Below, one piece after another: positions 1 to 12,196 of a DNA stretch of 64,000 nt. The DNA comes from Lepidodermella squamata. Lineage: Eukaryota > Animalia > Gastrotricha. The position numbers and the translations under genes were made by a program. The stretch is taken from contig JBLDXI010000011.1 of NCBI GenBank assembly GCA_047495785.1, positions 744,001 through 808,000 on the forward strand, read 5' to 3'. A model generated the notes under the pieces. The model did not search any database. It was not told the origin of the DNA and was given only the letters and a program-made list of their open reading frames with translations. Numbering within the stretch: position 1 is the stretch's first letter; the number at the start of each line of letters is the position of its first letter.

Positions 1-735
1 GACTGTTTACCTCGGCTGTCAAATCTCCACCGTTGGTTCAACGATAAGCACTGTTAGGTACTGCTCCCGCTCGGGTTCATGCCCGCTCGGCGGCATCCAA
101 ATCAACACGCCAGCACCCGTTTCCGCAGCCACGTTCGACGACTGCTGCACAGCCATCGCTTACGCAGGCATACCAGTCACCTATGAATCTTACACGGTCA
201 GTGGCTCGATTGTCAACTCGTGCATCGCTACCAGCTCTGCCACGCCGTACCGAGTTTGCGCCTCGGTTAACACGTCGCCAGCTTACTGCCTCCGCTTTCC
301 GCTCAGCTGCGAAACTTACGCTGTAGGCCAGTCGACTACTCTGGTAAGATAATTTTGCCGCTCTAAGTACTGTTTCCTCTAGAAAACTGAAATTAAGTCT
401 AGCATTCAGTTGACATTCCTAATATTAGGTAAATAGTAATTACTGGGAACCTAATTTCATATTTGAGAAGGGCTCAGCCAGGAATAATAATTAGCTTCTT
501 GATCTGGCTTAGTTTCACATTCGCAGAAATTCATGAGTTGGTCATCGCTAACTAGAAGATGAAATTTAAATTTGTTAACTAGGCTGATGTCACAATAACT
601 CCGTCAGTCTTGCAATTCGCAAGCTACGCCAAGTGCTGTGCAGCCCTCACCGAGACCGCTGGCATCACGCATACGTCATCGGCTACGACGGCAACTGCTC
701 AGGGCTTCTCTGTTGACAAGTGCAGCCGTGGTTAA
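1..735 (+). CDS. Cys-rich protein of unknown family, 3' part (exons <2..343, 583..735); paralogue of the gene at 7449-8477
   Basis: Frame 2 is open from the window start: TVYLGCQ...TFDDCCTAIAYAGIPVTYESYTVSGSIVNSCIATSSATPYRVCASVNTSPAYCLRFP. GT 344 / AG 582; last exon ...SYAKCC...CSRG, TAA 733-735. Not in the ORF track. Confidence 0.8.
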
Positions 736-1241
736 GTCCTAGCTACATTCGCCAAAGTAAAGCCAACGAAACGAGATTTAAAACAATTTATTCAATTAAT
801 TTATTATTCATGCATGTATGGTCCAGAAATCCTATCTATGAATTGTGCCAATGCTGATCGAATTGAAAATAACTGAAATTGTTCAATAAAGTTCTTTGTT
901 CGAGATGCTGTGCCTTATAGATTCCAAAATCTTATATTCTGTCTGAAAAGAACTTCAAAGTTGGCTAACGGCAAATCTTTTCAGAACTTCAATTATTTTA
1001 CTTCATTTTTTTATCCGGAGTTTTCTGCTTGGTGAGGAGGCTATTTCAAAAATGTTGCTCTCGATTGTCGATATGAATTTTGGTACTGAAGCAATTTTCA
1101 TTAGGAAAGAGGACGTACATTTTTCTGAAAGAGATCAATACTTCCCCCTTCATAAAAAATGCATAGGTTCGCGATAAATCGATGACGCATCACTTATTCA
1201 ATCGCCGTATGAACAAACCTTACTGCTCATAACTTCCCAAA

Positions 1242-2040
1242 ATGAATCAAACATCGTCGAGACGAATTCTTCACTTCAGCTTGCCTTGTGAGCTTTCTTA
1301 ATTTTAATAATCATTTCATCATAATTCAATTATTCAAAGGTATCCAACACCCTGAAACTCCGCCAGATGTCGAAAAATTAAAGTTGGCTCTGAGCCAAAA
1401 TTTCAGCACGGTCGATTTGGGCAATCTAAGCGACGTGTTAGAGAGCCAAGATGAAGTTTCCTACAGAATCATCCATGCAGCTCTTAGTGGCATCGACTGC
1501 ATCTTGGTTTTCGTTGGCTGCAACTGTGAAGTTGATAAATTTCAACAGATCCTCAATTCGGCTAATTTAATGCTCAGCAAAATTTTCGGTCCGAATTTAA
1601 AAAATCGAATGCTTACCATTTTGATACGAAAACATGATGAGCAATCTGGTTCAACTGCAGTCAAATTTTGGGCTTTTGAAGCTGGTTGCGACGAGTTAGA
1701 AAAACGCATTTTCACCTACATTCAAGACTTGCCTCAAATTCGGCTATTTCCCGGCCAAACTCAAACAACGGCTGTTAGAATTCGGCAGCGATCGTTAGCA
1801 AATGACGGTATCAGTGACGATTTCGAAGATGCGCTCGAGGACATAGCTGTGGCTGCTTATCTAACTCGTAATAGTGACCATAACTGCCCTATTTCTGCGG
1901 TTAATCATGAAGGTGTGACTCTTTTGCCTGCTGAGATTCATCATGGGGATGATAACACGAGTTGCAATATGCCTGATTGCGATTGTGACTCTTGCGAATG
2001 TGATTGTGACTGCGACTGTGATGGCTGCTCTTTACAGTAA
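1242..2040 (+). CDS. Unknown protein with weak AIG1/GIMAP-like segment and a Cys-Asp repeat C-terminal tail (exons 1242..1287, 1340..2040)
   Basis: ATG 1242; a 52-nt GTGAG..AAAG intron joins in frame. GIDCILVFVG...LSKIFGPNLKNRMLTILI resembles the GIMAP core, but no P-loop is seen. Ends CNMPDCDCDSCECDCDCDCDGCSLQ. Confidence 0.6.
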
Positions 2041-2669
2041 AAGCCGAAAAAGTACAACGTTAGTATACTGTGTTGTAAATTTATCACCATATTCTGATGG
2101 TGCCGAAAGAAAAGAGTGCTACATTGTAATACCCAGGATTCATCCGTGGTGCATGCGATGCGAAGAAAGATTGCCTACTTTATTCAGGCATTCAAATAAA
2201 AAGGGGTTAGTGTTATAGTGTTAGGATTATTCAAAATACCTTTTCGTATGCAAATTGTTTATGTACATTATCCTACGCTGATTGACCACCTTAACGCAAG
2301 AATAATAAATCCCAAAAACAAGTGAAATATCGGAAACATTTGCAAAAAAAGTCCTGGGAAACAGTTGAATTTGTTTATAAATTTGAACTGAGCTTCAGAA
2401 ATATGGCGTTGTCCAAAATTACCCCACTTCACGGCATTTAGTTTCAATCCTCAAGATTAATATGATTTAAATAAATGTTCACAGAATGAATGATATTTGA
2501 TGCCGCTTCAATATCCAGCTCATGAAAATGACCGCTCGTGACCTTTCGTGAAATTTGGGTGCAGTTGTTTGTAGTAGCGAAATGCACTGGCTGCCCTACA
2601 TGTATCAACCTTTCTCGAGCTTACTCATCACGAGTGCAATCCACATTTTAGCTTTTTGAAGTTTTTACA

Positions 2670-3023
2670 ATGAAAACTCTTCAATTGCTTTGCTTTCTCG
2701 CAATTTCGACAACTTATTTCTTTGTGTTTTCGCAAGTCATTGACGATGATTCAGATGACGACGATGATGCGAGGCTCAATTGTTTGAAATTTCCGCCGCC
2801 GAAAGCTCAATGCCAGACAACTGATACCTCCTACAAGGCGTATTTTACCTACAACTGGAAGTCAAACGAATGCTTGCCGCATAACTACGTAAATTCATAC
2901 TGAAATAGGGATTCTCGATATTTTGAATTATTTTCCTAGCGATGCGGGCCTATGATCAATATTTACGAGACGTTCGACAAATGCAACTCGACATGCGTCA
3001 TTGACGATGATGATTACTACTGA
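2670..3023 (+). CDS. Secreted single-domain Kunitz/BPTI-type protease inhibitor (exons 2670..2888, 2940..3023)
   Basis: Signal peptide. Six Cys in Kunitz spacing: C..C..YFTYNWKSNECLPHNY|RCGPMINIYETFDKCNSTC. 51-nt GT-AG intron; AATAAA downstream. Confidence 0.85.
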
Positions 3024-3356
3024 ACTGGCTCAGAATCTATGACGAATCTTACTTGATCTTGCTTCTCACGGCTAAATAAACGTAACAAATATATACCTGA
3101 ATAAAATCTGAAAAACTGAATTCACCCTTTTCATTGCCGTGTCTCAAATGAACGAGTACGCGTAGCTCTTAAATGGATGCTATGAAAGGCGTTTCTAGAT
3201 CAAAAGAATCGCTTTTCAGCGCATGGCAACAGAATGCCCTTTCCCCATTCATCTCTTATTTTCATCCTATCATAATATAAACGCAATAACTCGTGGATAT
3301 AGTCATCGCTGTAATGTTACCTTCATTGGTACTCTCTGACTGATTGAGTCGCAAGT

Positions 3357-6300
3357 ATGGCCTCGCCTGATAACAACAGCAGTAACAACAGTGAGGAGGG
3401 CGGTTCGATCTCGTCCGCGTCGACTGCTGAAGAGAAGCGCCGCCTTAATGCAGCCCTCGCGAAAAGGCGAGAGCTCATCGAGCGAATTAAGGTGGAGCGA
3501 GCGAAAATCATGGGTCTTAGTCGAGTTGCTGAGCTGGAGGAGGACCGCAAGTCCCAGCAGCAATCGCAGAGGGCTGCTTCTCAGATGACGCAACAACAGC
3601 AGCAACAGATGCCACAGATGCAGCAGAATTTTATGCTTCCGCCGATTTTTGGGCAACAGGCCGCGCTTTTGGCTCCGAATGTCATTTTACCAAGAACGAG
3701 AGGAGACTGGAAGAAATGTGAGTTCTAGCTTAAAATCTCAATTTTGCAATCGAGCGTCTGTCCTTTGACAGCTCACCAATAGTACCGAGTTGGAGGCTTT
3801 AATAACCGAGTTTCAAGGCTTAACATTTATTTCTTATCTTCAGCTCTGATGGAGATGTCCACCTTTCAAACTACGGCACTTCAAGCCGCCCTGTCGCAGC
3901 AAATCGCGTTGAGAAACCTCGTTTGCCTACAACGCCGCCAGGCCTCAGCGCCTCCTATGCTAGCCGCTCCCCAAGTTACTTCTACAACCATAACCACTGA
4001 GAAGAAAACAGAGAAAAAGACCGAACCACAGCCTTTCAGCGCCCAGCAGATGATCGAGCTGTTGAAGGGCACGAAAAACTTAGAGATTCGGCAGGAATCG
4101 AACGGAAATTGGCAGGTTGGAAGTAAAAATCGCCATAATTGCCATCATCACCATCACTGTCATTGCCATGGCGGGGTCCAGCAGCCGGAACCAGCTCCAC
4201 CCCCTCCCCCTCCGCCAGTACAGAGACCAGTCTACTATGAACCATCCCCGCCCCCAGTCCGGAAGCCGCGGAAGAAGTCGAAAAAGCGGTCTTCTTCATC
4301 TTCCTCGGAGGAATACACGCCGAGACGGACGAAACGTAGGCCGAAACAGCGGTCGCCATCGCCGGAACCTCCGAGGTACCGGGAGAGGCCGACCATCATC
4401 CAGCAGACCCCGCAGGGCCCGATTAGGGTTGAGGTTAATGTTCCGCCCGGACAACAACAGCAGCAAGTACAGCCTCAGTACATACCCCAGCAGCAGCAGC
4501 AGAATCCTGTTTACATACCTTATCCGGTTCAGCAGAACCAGCAGCCGCAGCAACAGGTGATTCAGCAGTCGCCTCGGGTGATTTATCAGAAGGAGCGCAG
4601 GCAGCCGAAGCCGAGGAAGGTGAAGATTGAGAAGAAATCGTCGGAATCATCGTCGTCTTCGCCTTCGAGTTCCTCGCCCAGTTCCTCTTCGGAGGAGGAA
4701 GAAATCACGACAACGCAGAAACGGGTCAAATTCAGGGTAAATTTGTTACCTTACCTTCTTGCATAGTTATTCTGAACGGTTTACTAAAATGCTACAGGAA
4801 TGTTACTAAATGTGAGTTTTAGATGTGAAAATCTCGGGTTAGATTTAGAAGAATTGAATATTCCTTTAGATTGTAGTCTTTCTTCTTTCTCTGGCTTACG
4901 GGGACATAAGAGTTGGATACGTATTTAGAAATTATTGGAATGAGGTGGGTTGGCTTTACCCTTCTAGCATCCGATTTTCCTTATAATATTTGGAAGGGAT
5001 TCCATAGGACTTGGGTCCTAAAAGCCATTAAGCTCAATAACTCACTGAGGTCATCTCTCATCTTTCATCCACAATCAATGAAGACATTTTAAGTTTACTA
5101 GAAACAACCCGGTAAAACCCGATGGTAACTGGTTCGGTAATTTCGGTAATTTACTTGGTCGCACCAATTTACCACGAATTTGTGTGCTACCCATTGGCAG
5201 TTGCATGCTCGATTACCATTTTCATGGCATTCGGAAATTTCCGATTACAATATGGTCCAAAGGGAATGCATCGATCGATTAGGGAATTTGAAAAGTGCCA
5301 AGTACGGCAATCCTTTCAATGAAATTGCAAATCTTGAATCTTAAGAGATGAGAGATTGTAGATAGCTATTACAAGTTTCTGTCGAGAAAATTTGACAGTG
5401 CGTGAAGTAGGTTCCTCGAACTTCAGGCCCAAAGTGGTTTTTCACCTTGGCCTAGTGAACTGGGGGCTACAATAACCCCCGTTCCTCCGCACTTCGCGCA
5501 CTGGCTCATAAGCTTGCACAGCAATTCTTAAACTCTTATTCCTAATCTCAGCCAACCACTGATTGATTTTCTCTTCCAATAGGCAAAGCCCGAGAAACCG
5601 AAGCAGTCAGACGAGCGTTGCGAGGACCCGATACGCCGGCGCAACCGCATCCGCGCCAAAGTCGCGAATCTCATGTGGCCCGGCATCGGGCTGTCGTGGT
5701 GGATGCGCAACCCCGTCGTGAAGGCCCTCCGCCGCGCCTTCTACGTCGCGTGGTTCTTCGGCTGCGTGCGTCGCATCCTCGAACTCGAAGGCATCACCTA
5801 CGAGCCGCAACTGCTCGACGGCGTGCCGGACTATCTCACGTTCGAAATCTGCCTGAAGGACATCGCCTCTGCCGTAGTCGGGCTCTACCTCAATATGCAC
5901 GGCCCGATTCGGCCTCTGCTCGACTCGCTCTTCGCCGCTGACGCCATCGACCTCCGAGCAGCCTTCACGCGAGGCTCCGAAGCTGCGTTCAAAGAAATAA
6001 AGTATCTGATCGAAAACATATCTTTCCACATAACCGACATCCAACCGCAAACTGGCTCGTTGGGGACCCATAAGAAAGGTCTGCTGCAACAGGTGTTGAA
6101 GGATGGCCAACTCTTCCCGCATAACGAGCTATGGCAAATGGAGCGGGACCGCCTTGGTTTTGACTATACAGGCCGGACTGTTGGTATTGGCGAGCGGGAG
6201 TCGATGTTGTTGATCATGAGGTCTTTTCTCAGGCCGCTTATTAATGTTATGATTAATCCGATGGGTTTCGGCTGGACGCAGGCGAATCCTACGCCACCGC

Positions 6301-6917
6301 AGGCTGCAAGTCTCAGGACAATTTATTCCATTTTTACGCACATCTATAGACGAGCGATACTGCCGCGTGGGGCAGATCAAAATGCATTGGTAAGGCTTGA
6401 GAAATTTTCAAAAAATAGAACATTGAAATGCTGAAATGTTGTAAGCAACAATATTATTTTAAAAGTGTGATATTTGATTTGAAAATATTTGTATAATCTG
6501 AAATTCAATTTCTACAATATTTTTAGTGTTTTCCAAAGAGCAGTTCTAATTTTTTCAGATTTTTCAAAATTTTAAAATTTAAATATTTTGAAACTCTACG
6601 AACGTCTGAGATTGCCAATTACGTTAGTGCAAATATTTGCGATTAACAATGTATTCACTGTTTTGTAGCCTGTGATACCGGAGATTGGTCCGTATTTGAT
6701 CCCAGATCAAACCCTAGCCCCAGTTATCGAACAGCTTGCTCCTACACTGGACTATGTGGATAACTTGTTCCGAGAATGGGCTCTGTCCTATGTTAGGAAG
6801 CTACGCATGGCTGCTATGGGCCTCACGTTGCCTCCGAATTATACTTCTAAAGCCTACGGCGGCGAGGAACCTTTCATCCTAGCCCCGGATCCGCAGTCAG
6901 AACAACAGCCGTTATAA
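3357..6917 (+). CDS. Uncharacterised protein: Q/P/S/K-rich low-complexity N-half plus conserved ~330-aa C-terminal domain (exons 3357..3717, 3844..4736, 5583..6389, 6669..6917)
   Basis: All three junctions are GT-AG with matching phases. The C-terminal domain (WPGIGLSWWMRNPVVKALRRAFYVAWF...PTLDYVDNLFREW) closely matches the gene at 10034-11402. Confidence 0.8.
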
Positions 6918-7448
6918 AACACAGCTAATCATGATTTCTGCGATACAGTGCGGCCGAAAATGTATACTCAATTCTTGTTAATCGAATTTGTGTTGAAATG
7001 CTTATTTTTCTTATGAGGAAATAAATTTCGCAGTTGAAGAAATGCGGAATTTTTTTTAAAAATATGAAGAACGCGGCGGAATATCCGGAGGAAAAAAACA
7101 TGGATACTCTAGCTAAGGTACATATTTAGGGACAAGGAAATTTGTTGTGAATTTACTAAATTTACTCGCGCTAAAACAACTGCCTGCTTTCGCAATGCCT
7201 GATCCTTTCAGTTCCAAATAGATAGTACCGACCTGTTGTCAAGGTAATTCCAGCAATTAAAAATTCGACGGCTAAAGAAATAAGTCCTTCTGTTCATTGA
7301 TTTTTTTTATTGTTTTTTTCGATTTGCGAAATGGGAAAACCCAATAAAAGCAAAGGAAAACGCGACGCATATATAATGAATATCTTCATAAATTTAAGTC
7401 TAGTAAATACGCGCACATTTTCGCGGTCAATATCGGTCAAAATTAGCC

Positions 7449-8477
7449 TTATAAACATTGAAGGAAGTCATTATTATAAGTACAATACTCGAAATCGGCA
7501 ATCCCATAAGCTATAAGGCCGGTCTTGTACTGCGCATCAGTCGACTTGAAAACCTTGCAGCACTCGGCGAAAGTGTCAGCGGTGGTAAATGCAGCAGTTG
7601 GGCCGCTGCACTGAAAGTAAAAAGAGACGATTACGATGAGCAAAACTGTGAGTCTAAAAGTTACGAATGAGGCGCCGGATTCGTAAATGTAGTTTGGGGC
7701 ATATGCTGTATACGGGAAGCGGACGCAATATGCAGGTGTGGCAGTACCATCATCTTTAGAAGCTGATACTTTATATGGCTTGTCAGCGTCGACTTTGCCG
7801 ATACACGCCATTACAGGGGCAGAGCCGGAAACAGGGACACTCTCGTATATCAGCGTATTGGTTCCCTTCGCCGCAGTGCAACATTCAGCAAAGGAGCTGA
7901 AAGTATTTTTCGCAGCAGACGATGGCTGAAATGAATCCAACTGTTAAATCGAAAATAAATCGGTTGGAGGTCGATTCTTACGGCGGTGCCTGATAGGAGA
8001 ACCGAGTCGCATGCGCCAGCATTTGCCGTGCAGAATGGCACATTGCTCTTTGTGATCCCAGTACTGCCCTGCGTTTTGGTTATCACGCACAAATTGTAGG
8101 TGGGCTGTGAAAAATTCACATAAGTTATCCGGGTTTTGAATGCTGGGCAGACTTACGCTTGCAACGGCCGCGCCGCACGTTTGACCCACCGGGCATTGGG
8201 TTGCGTCCTTGGCTATGCAGTTCTTCGAAGCCAGGTCGCAAGTGCTGGTGACTGCGCCTTTGACTGTGCACGTGTTCGTTGTTGCGTCGCAAACGTTAGC
8301 CGTTGCTACACAGGACGTTCCAAGGCTGCATTGGCTCGCTGTCGAATAACAGGCCTGGCCATTCGGGCACGTTCCAGGCGACTCTGTCACCGTCGCTGCC
8401 CTCGGGCACGGAGTTGTCGTGGCTGAAGGGCAGGCAGTGGCAGTGGCGACGAGTAGAGCTAACACTAAAGCTTCCAT
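7449..8477 (-). CDS. Secreted Cys/Thr/Ala-rich protein of unknown family (exons 8477..8157, 8104..7982, 7925..7665, 7610..7449)
   Basis: Signal peptide MEALVLALLVATATA. Three ~52-56-nt phase-0 GT-AG introns. Repeated FAECC modules; aligns with the gene at 1-735. Confidence 0.8.
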
Positions 8478-10033
8478 GATGATGAGTTGAAGAAATAATT
8501 CTTAAGAAATGATAACACTGGCGAAAACAGGGGCTCTTAAATATCATCCGTTTTTCGCCCCCTGCCTGAATTCGGCCATGGCAAGTCTCCGTTTACGACA
8601 CTCGCTTTCAGCTGTCTTGCGTATTGCCAAAAGCACGCATTAGGAGATGCATTAGGCAGGTATCGAGAAAATTCACAGACAAGTGGAAAATACACAGCTT
8701 GGATGCTGCCTACCTAATAACCATCGTCAACTGCGCACGCCGACCTTCACCAAATGTGGATATAATTTCAATGCATTGTTATTATCCTATTGCTTGTAAT
8801 AGGCATGAAATAAGCATCCAATTAAGATACGTTGAGGAGATATCCAAGCTATCCAAGTTCGCCGTTGTTAGGCACTGTATATAAAAAAATCCTTCTACGA
8901 TCTAGTTTTAGACAGCGAGTCCAACACTGAGAACTACAACTTTTTTCATCTGCATTTTTTTCTGAGTATTCGTTATTTTTCATTTTTTTTACTCATTTTA
9001 CAGAAGAAAACTGGTGCATGCAAATGTGTAACAGATGTAGAACAGCAGCGTAAGCTCTGATTCAGGTATCAAATTGAGGCTTATAATTATATCTGCGCGA
9101 TGAATCCATAATTTATGGATATGGTACTTGATCGGAGAGAAATCGGAGTAAGTTAAATCCGAATGAATTTCTTTCAAAATTAAGCCATATCTTTTCTTTT
9201 GTTGAAATTATTAAAATTATTCATTTGTTAAAATAATTAGTGTACAATTAAATTCGAGCAAATAAGAAGGGAGCCTTAAATTAGGGAACCATATATTACA
9301 TGAGTATATTACTGAGCATATTTTAAATAAAATGATTATTTATTTATTTTCAAAATGAAAACGGCATTTGATCGGTTGGACTAATTTGTCGCGGGCGGAT
9401 AAGTCGCCCTCATTTTTGGGCTATAATGTCTGTGGACGTCATTGTCGGGGCGCAAAGTTTACGAACGCAAAAGTCGCGCACGGATTTGTCGCCACACCAT
9501 TTGATCAAACATAGATCACTCCGTTCACATGTGATCAAACGAAATTGTAAAAAAAGTATTTAATAAAATTCAAATAAATTAGAAATAAATGAAATTCGGG
9601 GATTTTTTGGACAAAAATTTGAATTGAAGTGTGATAACTATGATAACTAATTTATCAACAATTTAAATTACTTCTGATTTATTTAAATTTACCTATATTA
9701 AATAATTTTTTTTACAATTTTGCTCAGTTGTCGTTTCGCTCAGTTTATTTTGCGCTAATGTCGGGCAACCAACAATTAAAATGAAAAGTTTTAAAATTGT
9801 CCAACTTATTCCAAGGAAAATCAATACGACGAGATAAACCCGAAAATTTTATTCATTCTGCATTGAATGCCCCTTTTTCTCCTTTCACTCATCCGTCAAC
9901 GATATAGGCCATGATTTGAATAGCGTCGTTGCTATACACAAGCCATTAAAACGCTGCTTTTGAAAAAATATTCACACACAGTTCCTAATAAAAATATAAA
10001 CTATTTTATTTATTTTTTTTCAAAAAAATAGCT

Positions 10034-11402
10034 ATGAGCTTATCGCACCGGAACGACCGGTTCAAAGTGCGCGCAAAAACCGTCGACATGCTATGGCCAG
10101 GCATAGCCGTGTCATGGTGGACACGCAAGCCCACGGTCAAGGCGCTACGGCGCATTTTCTACATCGCATGGTTCATGGGCAACATCCGGCACGAGGTCGA
10201 GCTGAAGGGTAAACAAATCGAGCTGGAACTACTCGACGAAACCGGGCATCTCACCTTCGAAGTGCTACTCCGCGACATTTCGCAATCCGTCATGGCCGTG
10301 TACCTTAACATGCACGGCCAAATTCGGCCGATCATCGACTCGCTATTCGCGCCAGATGCTGTAGACCTTCGAACGGCTTTTTCTCGAAAATCTGAACCTG
10401 CCCTGAAAGAACTGAAGTTTCTGATTGAGAATATAAGTTTCCATATAACGGACATCCAACCCGACCAGGGCGCCCTGGGCACCCATAAAAAGGCCCTCCT
10501 ACACCATGTCATTAAAGAGGGCCAGAAATTTCCGGAAAACGAGCTGTGGCATATGGAAAAGCAGCGGATTATGTTCGATTTCACGGGTCGGACAATGGCG
10601 ATAGGCGAGCGTGAGGGAATGTTGTTGATAATGCGCAGCTTTTTGCGCCCGTTGATTAGCATGATGATTGACCCGGTGGGAGCGGCCGAGTGGCGCAAGG
10701 AGCCGCCGACGCCGGCGCAGGTCGCCAATTTGCGCATTGTCTGCTCGATTTTCACGTTCATCTACCGCCGTGCTGTTATGCATAAAGCTGTCAACAAAAT
10801 AACGCCGGTAAATTTTGTAGGAAATTTTTCAAATGTCGTCCTAGGATGAAAACGAAATTTTTCGATAATAATAAAAATTACTAATTTTTGAAAATAATTA
10901 ATCAAGCCGAAAATTATGAAAAGTTTTTCGGAAAACTGGGAATATTTTCAATAATTTCTATTTCAAAATTCTAATATTTTCCCCTATAATTTTTTTGGTT
11001 TTTTGCTTCCATCGAATTTATACGAATTTTCACCGCCTTATACTCTCTCAGGCTCTTCAGTCACCCTAAAAATGAAGGAAAATCTGTCTAAACTTGGTTC
11101 TATAAATTCTGTTCATCAAAACACAGTTCTAGATTTGTTTGAATTTTTTGCAGCCCGCTGTTCCTGAAATTGCTGGTTATTTGGTATCAGATGCTACGTT
11201 AATGCCAGTTCTGTACGATTTACTGCCAACGCTGGACTACGTCGACAACATGCTCCGCGAATGGTCGTTGTCCTACTTTCGAAAACTTCGAGCTGTTGAA
11301 ACTAACTCAAAACTGCCGCACAATTTCAACGCGAAAGCTTTTGGCGGTCAGAATCCTTTCGTTTTCGTACCAGATCTACCTGGACTGCCTCCATTGGACT
11401 AA
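10034..11402 (+). CDS. Stand-alone paralogue of the C-terminal domain of the 3357-6917 gene (exons 10034..10807, 11154..11402)
   Basis: WPGIAVSWWTRKPTVKALRRIFYIAWF, YLNMHG-IRP--DSLFA-DA-DLR-AF, LIENISFHITDIQP, LLIMRSFLRPLI and PTLDYVDN--REW are all shared; same last-intron position. Confidence 0.85.
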
Positions 11403-12196
11403 AATCTAACATTAAAAGCAACTACTTTGTTGAACTTTTGCTTTGGTGCATGAAAATGATTATTATCACTCGAATAAACATCAAATTTGTTTCAAATATC
11501 TTTGAAATTTCATGGTGAGATGAAACATTGATCTTAGGCGGATCAAATCACGATTATAACTCACGATCGAAGCTTGCAAAAATTGTGAAGAGATCAAACC
11601 AGAGTCAAATTTTTGACAATGATCAAAAATTGATCAATGCATCAAATTTTGATGTAGAATTGAGCAAAACACCCTATAATGCATAATGGTTTTCATGATT
11701 CATCGTCATTGAGGTTAGTTCTACGTTCGACTATTGTCCGTAATCTGAAAATTAGCCAACGAGTGTCGCAAATTCCTACCTTTTTGTTTACTCAATAAGG
11801 GCGTGACCATTATAAAATATCATAATTACCTAAACACGCCGGATGAAAGTACTTTGTTTGTTATACCACGCAGAATTATTTTTTTCACCGCTTTTTTGCT
11901 GACCTATAAATAAAATGCGAGCCAACATTAGATAAGGCGAAGTCATGGCGACAGCTAAAATAACGCTAAGTAAACGCTGGCAAATTCCTGTAAAATTGGC
12001 GTTTTGTTCGGACTGATAATTTGTGGAGCCATTAAGTCGCGCCAGCATTGAGAACACCTTGCTCACCCTGCAATAAATTCCCACGGAGTCTATCTTTATA
12101 GAGGCCAGAAATGTGGTCTGAAAGTGCTTCATATATTTTAACCAGCCCATTTTAAAAGAATTTCAGAATTTTCAAAGAATCTGATTTCTTTCCAGA

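Noticed and set aside
3303-6380. Numerous antisense or alternate-frame ORFs over the 3357-6917 gene (likewise over the rGC, ankyrin and channel genes)
   Set aside because: Shadows of GC-rich coding exons; no motifs or splice support.
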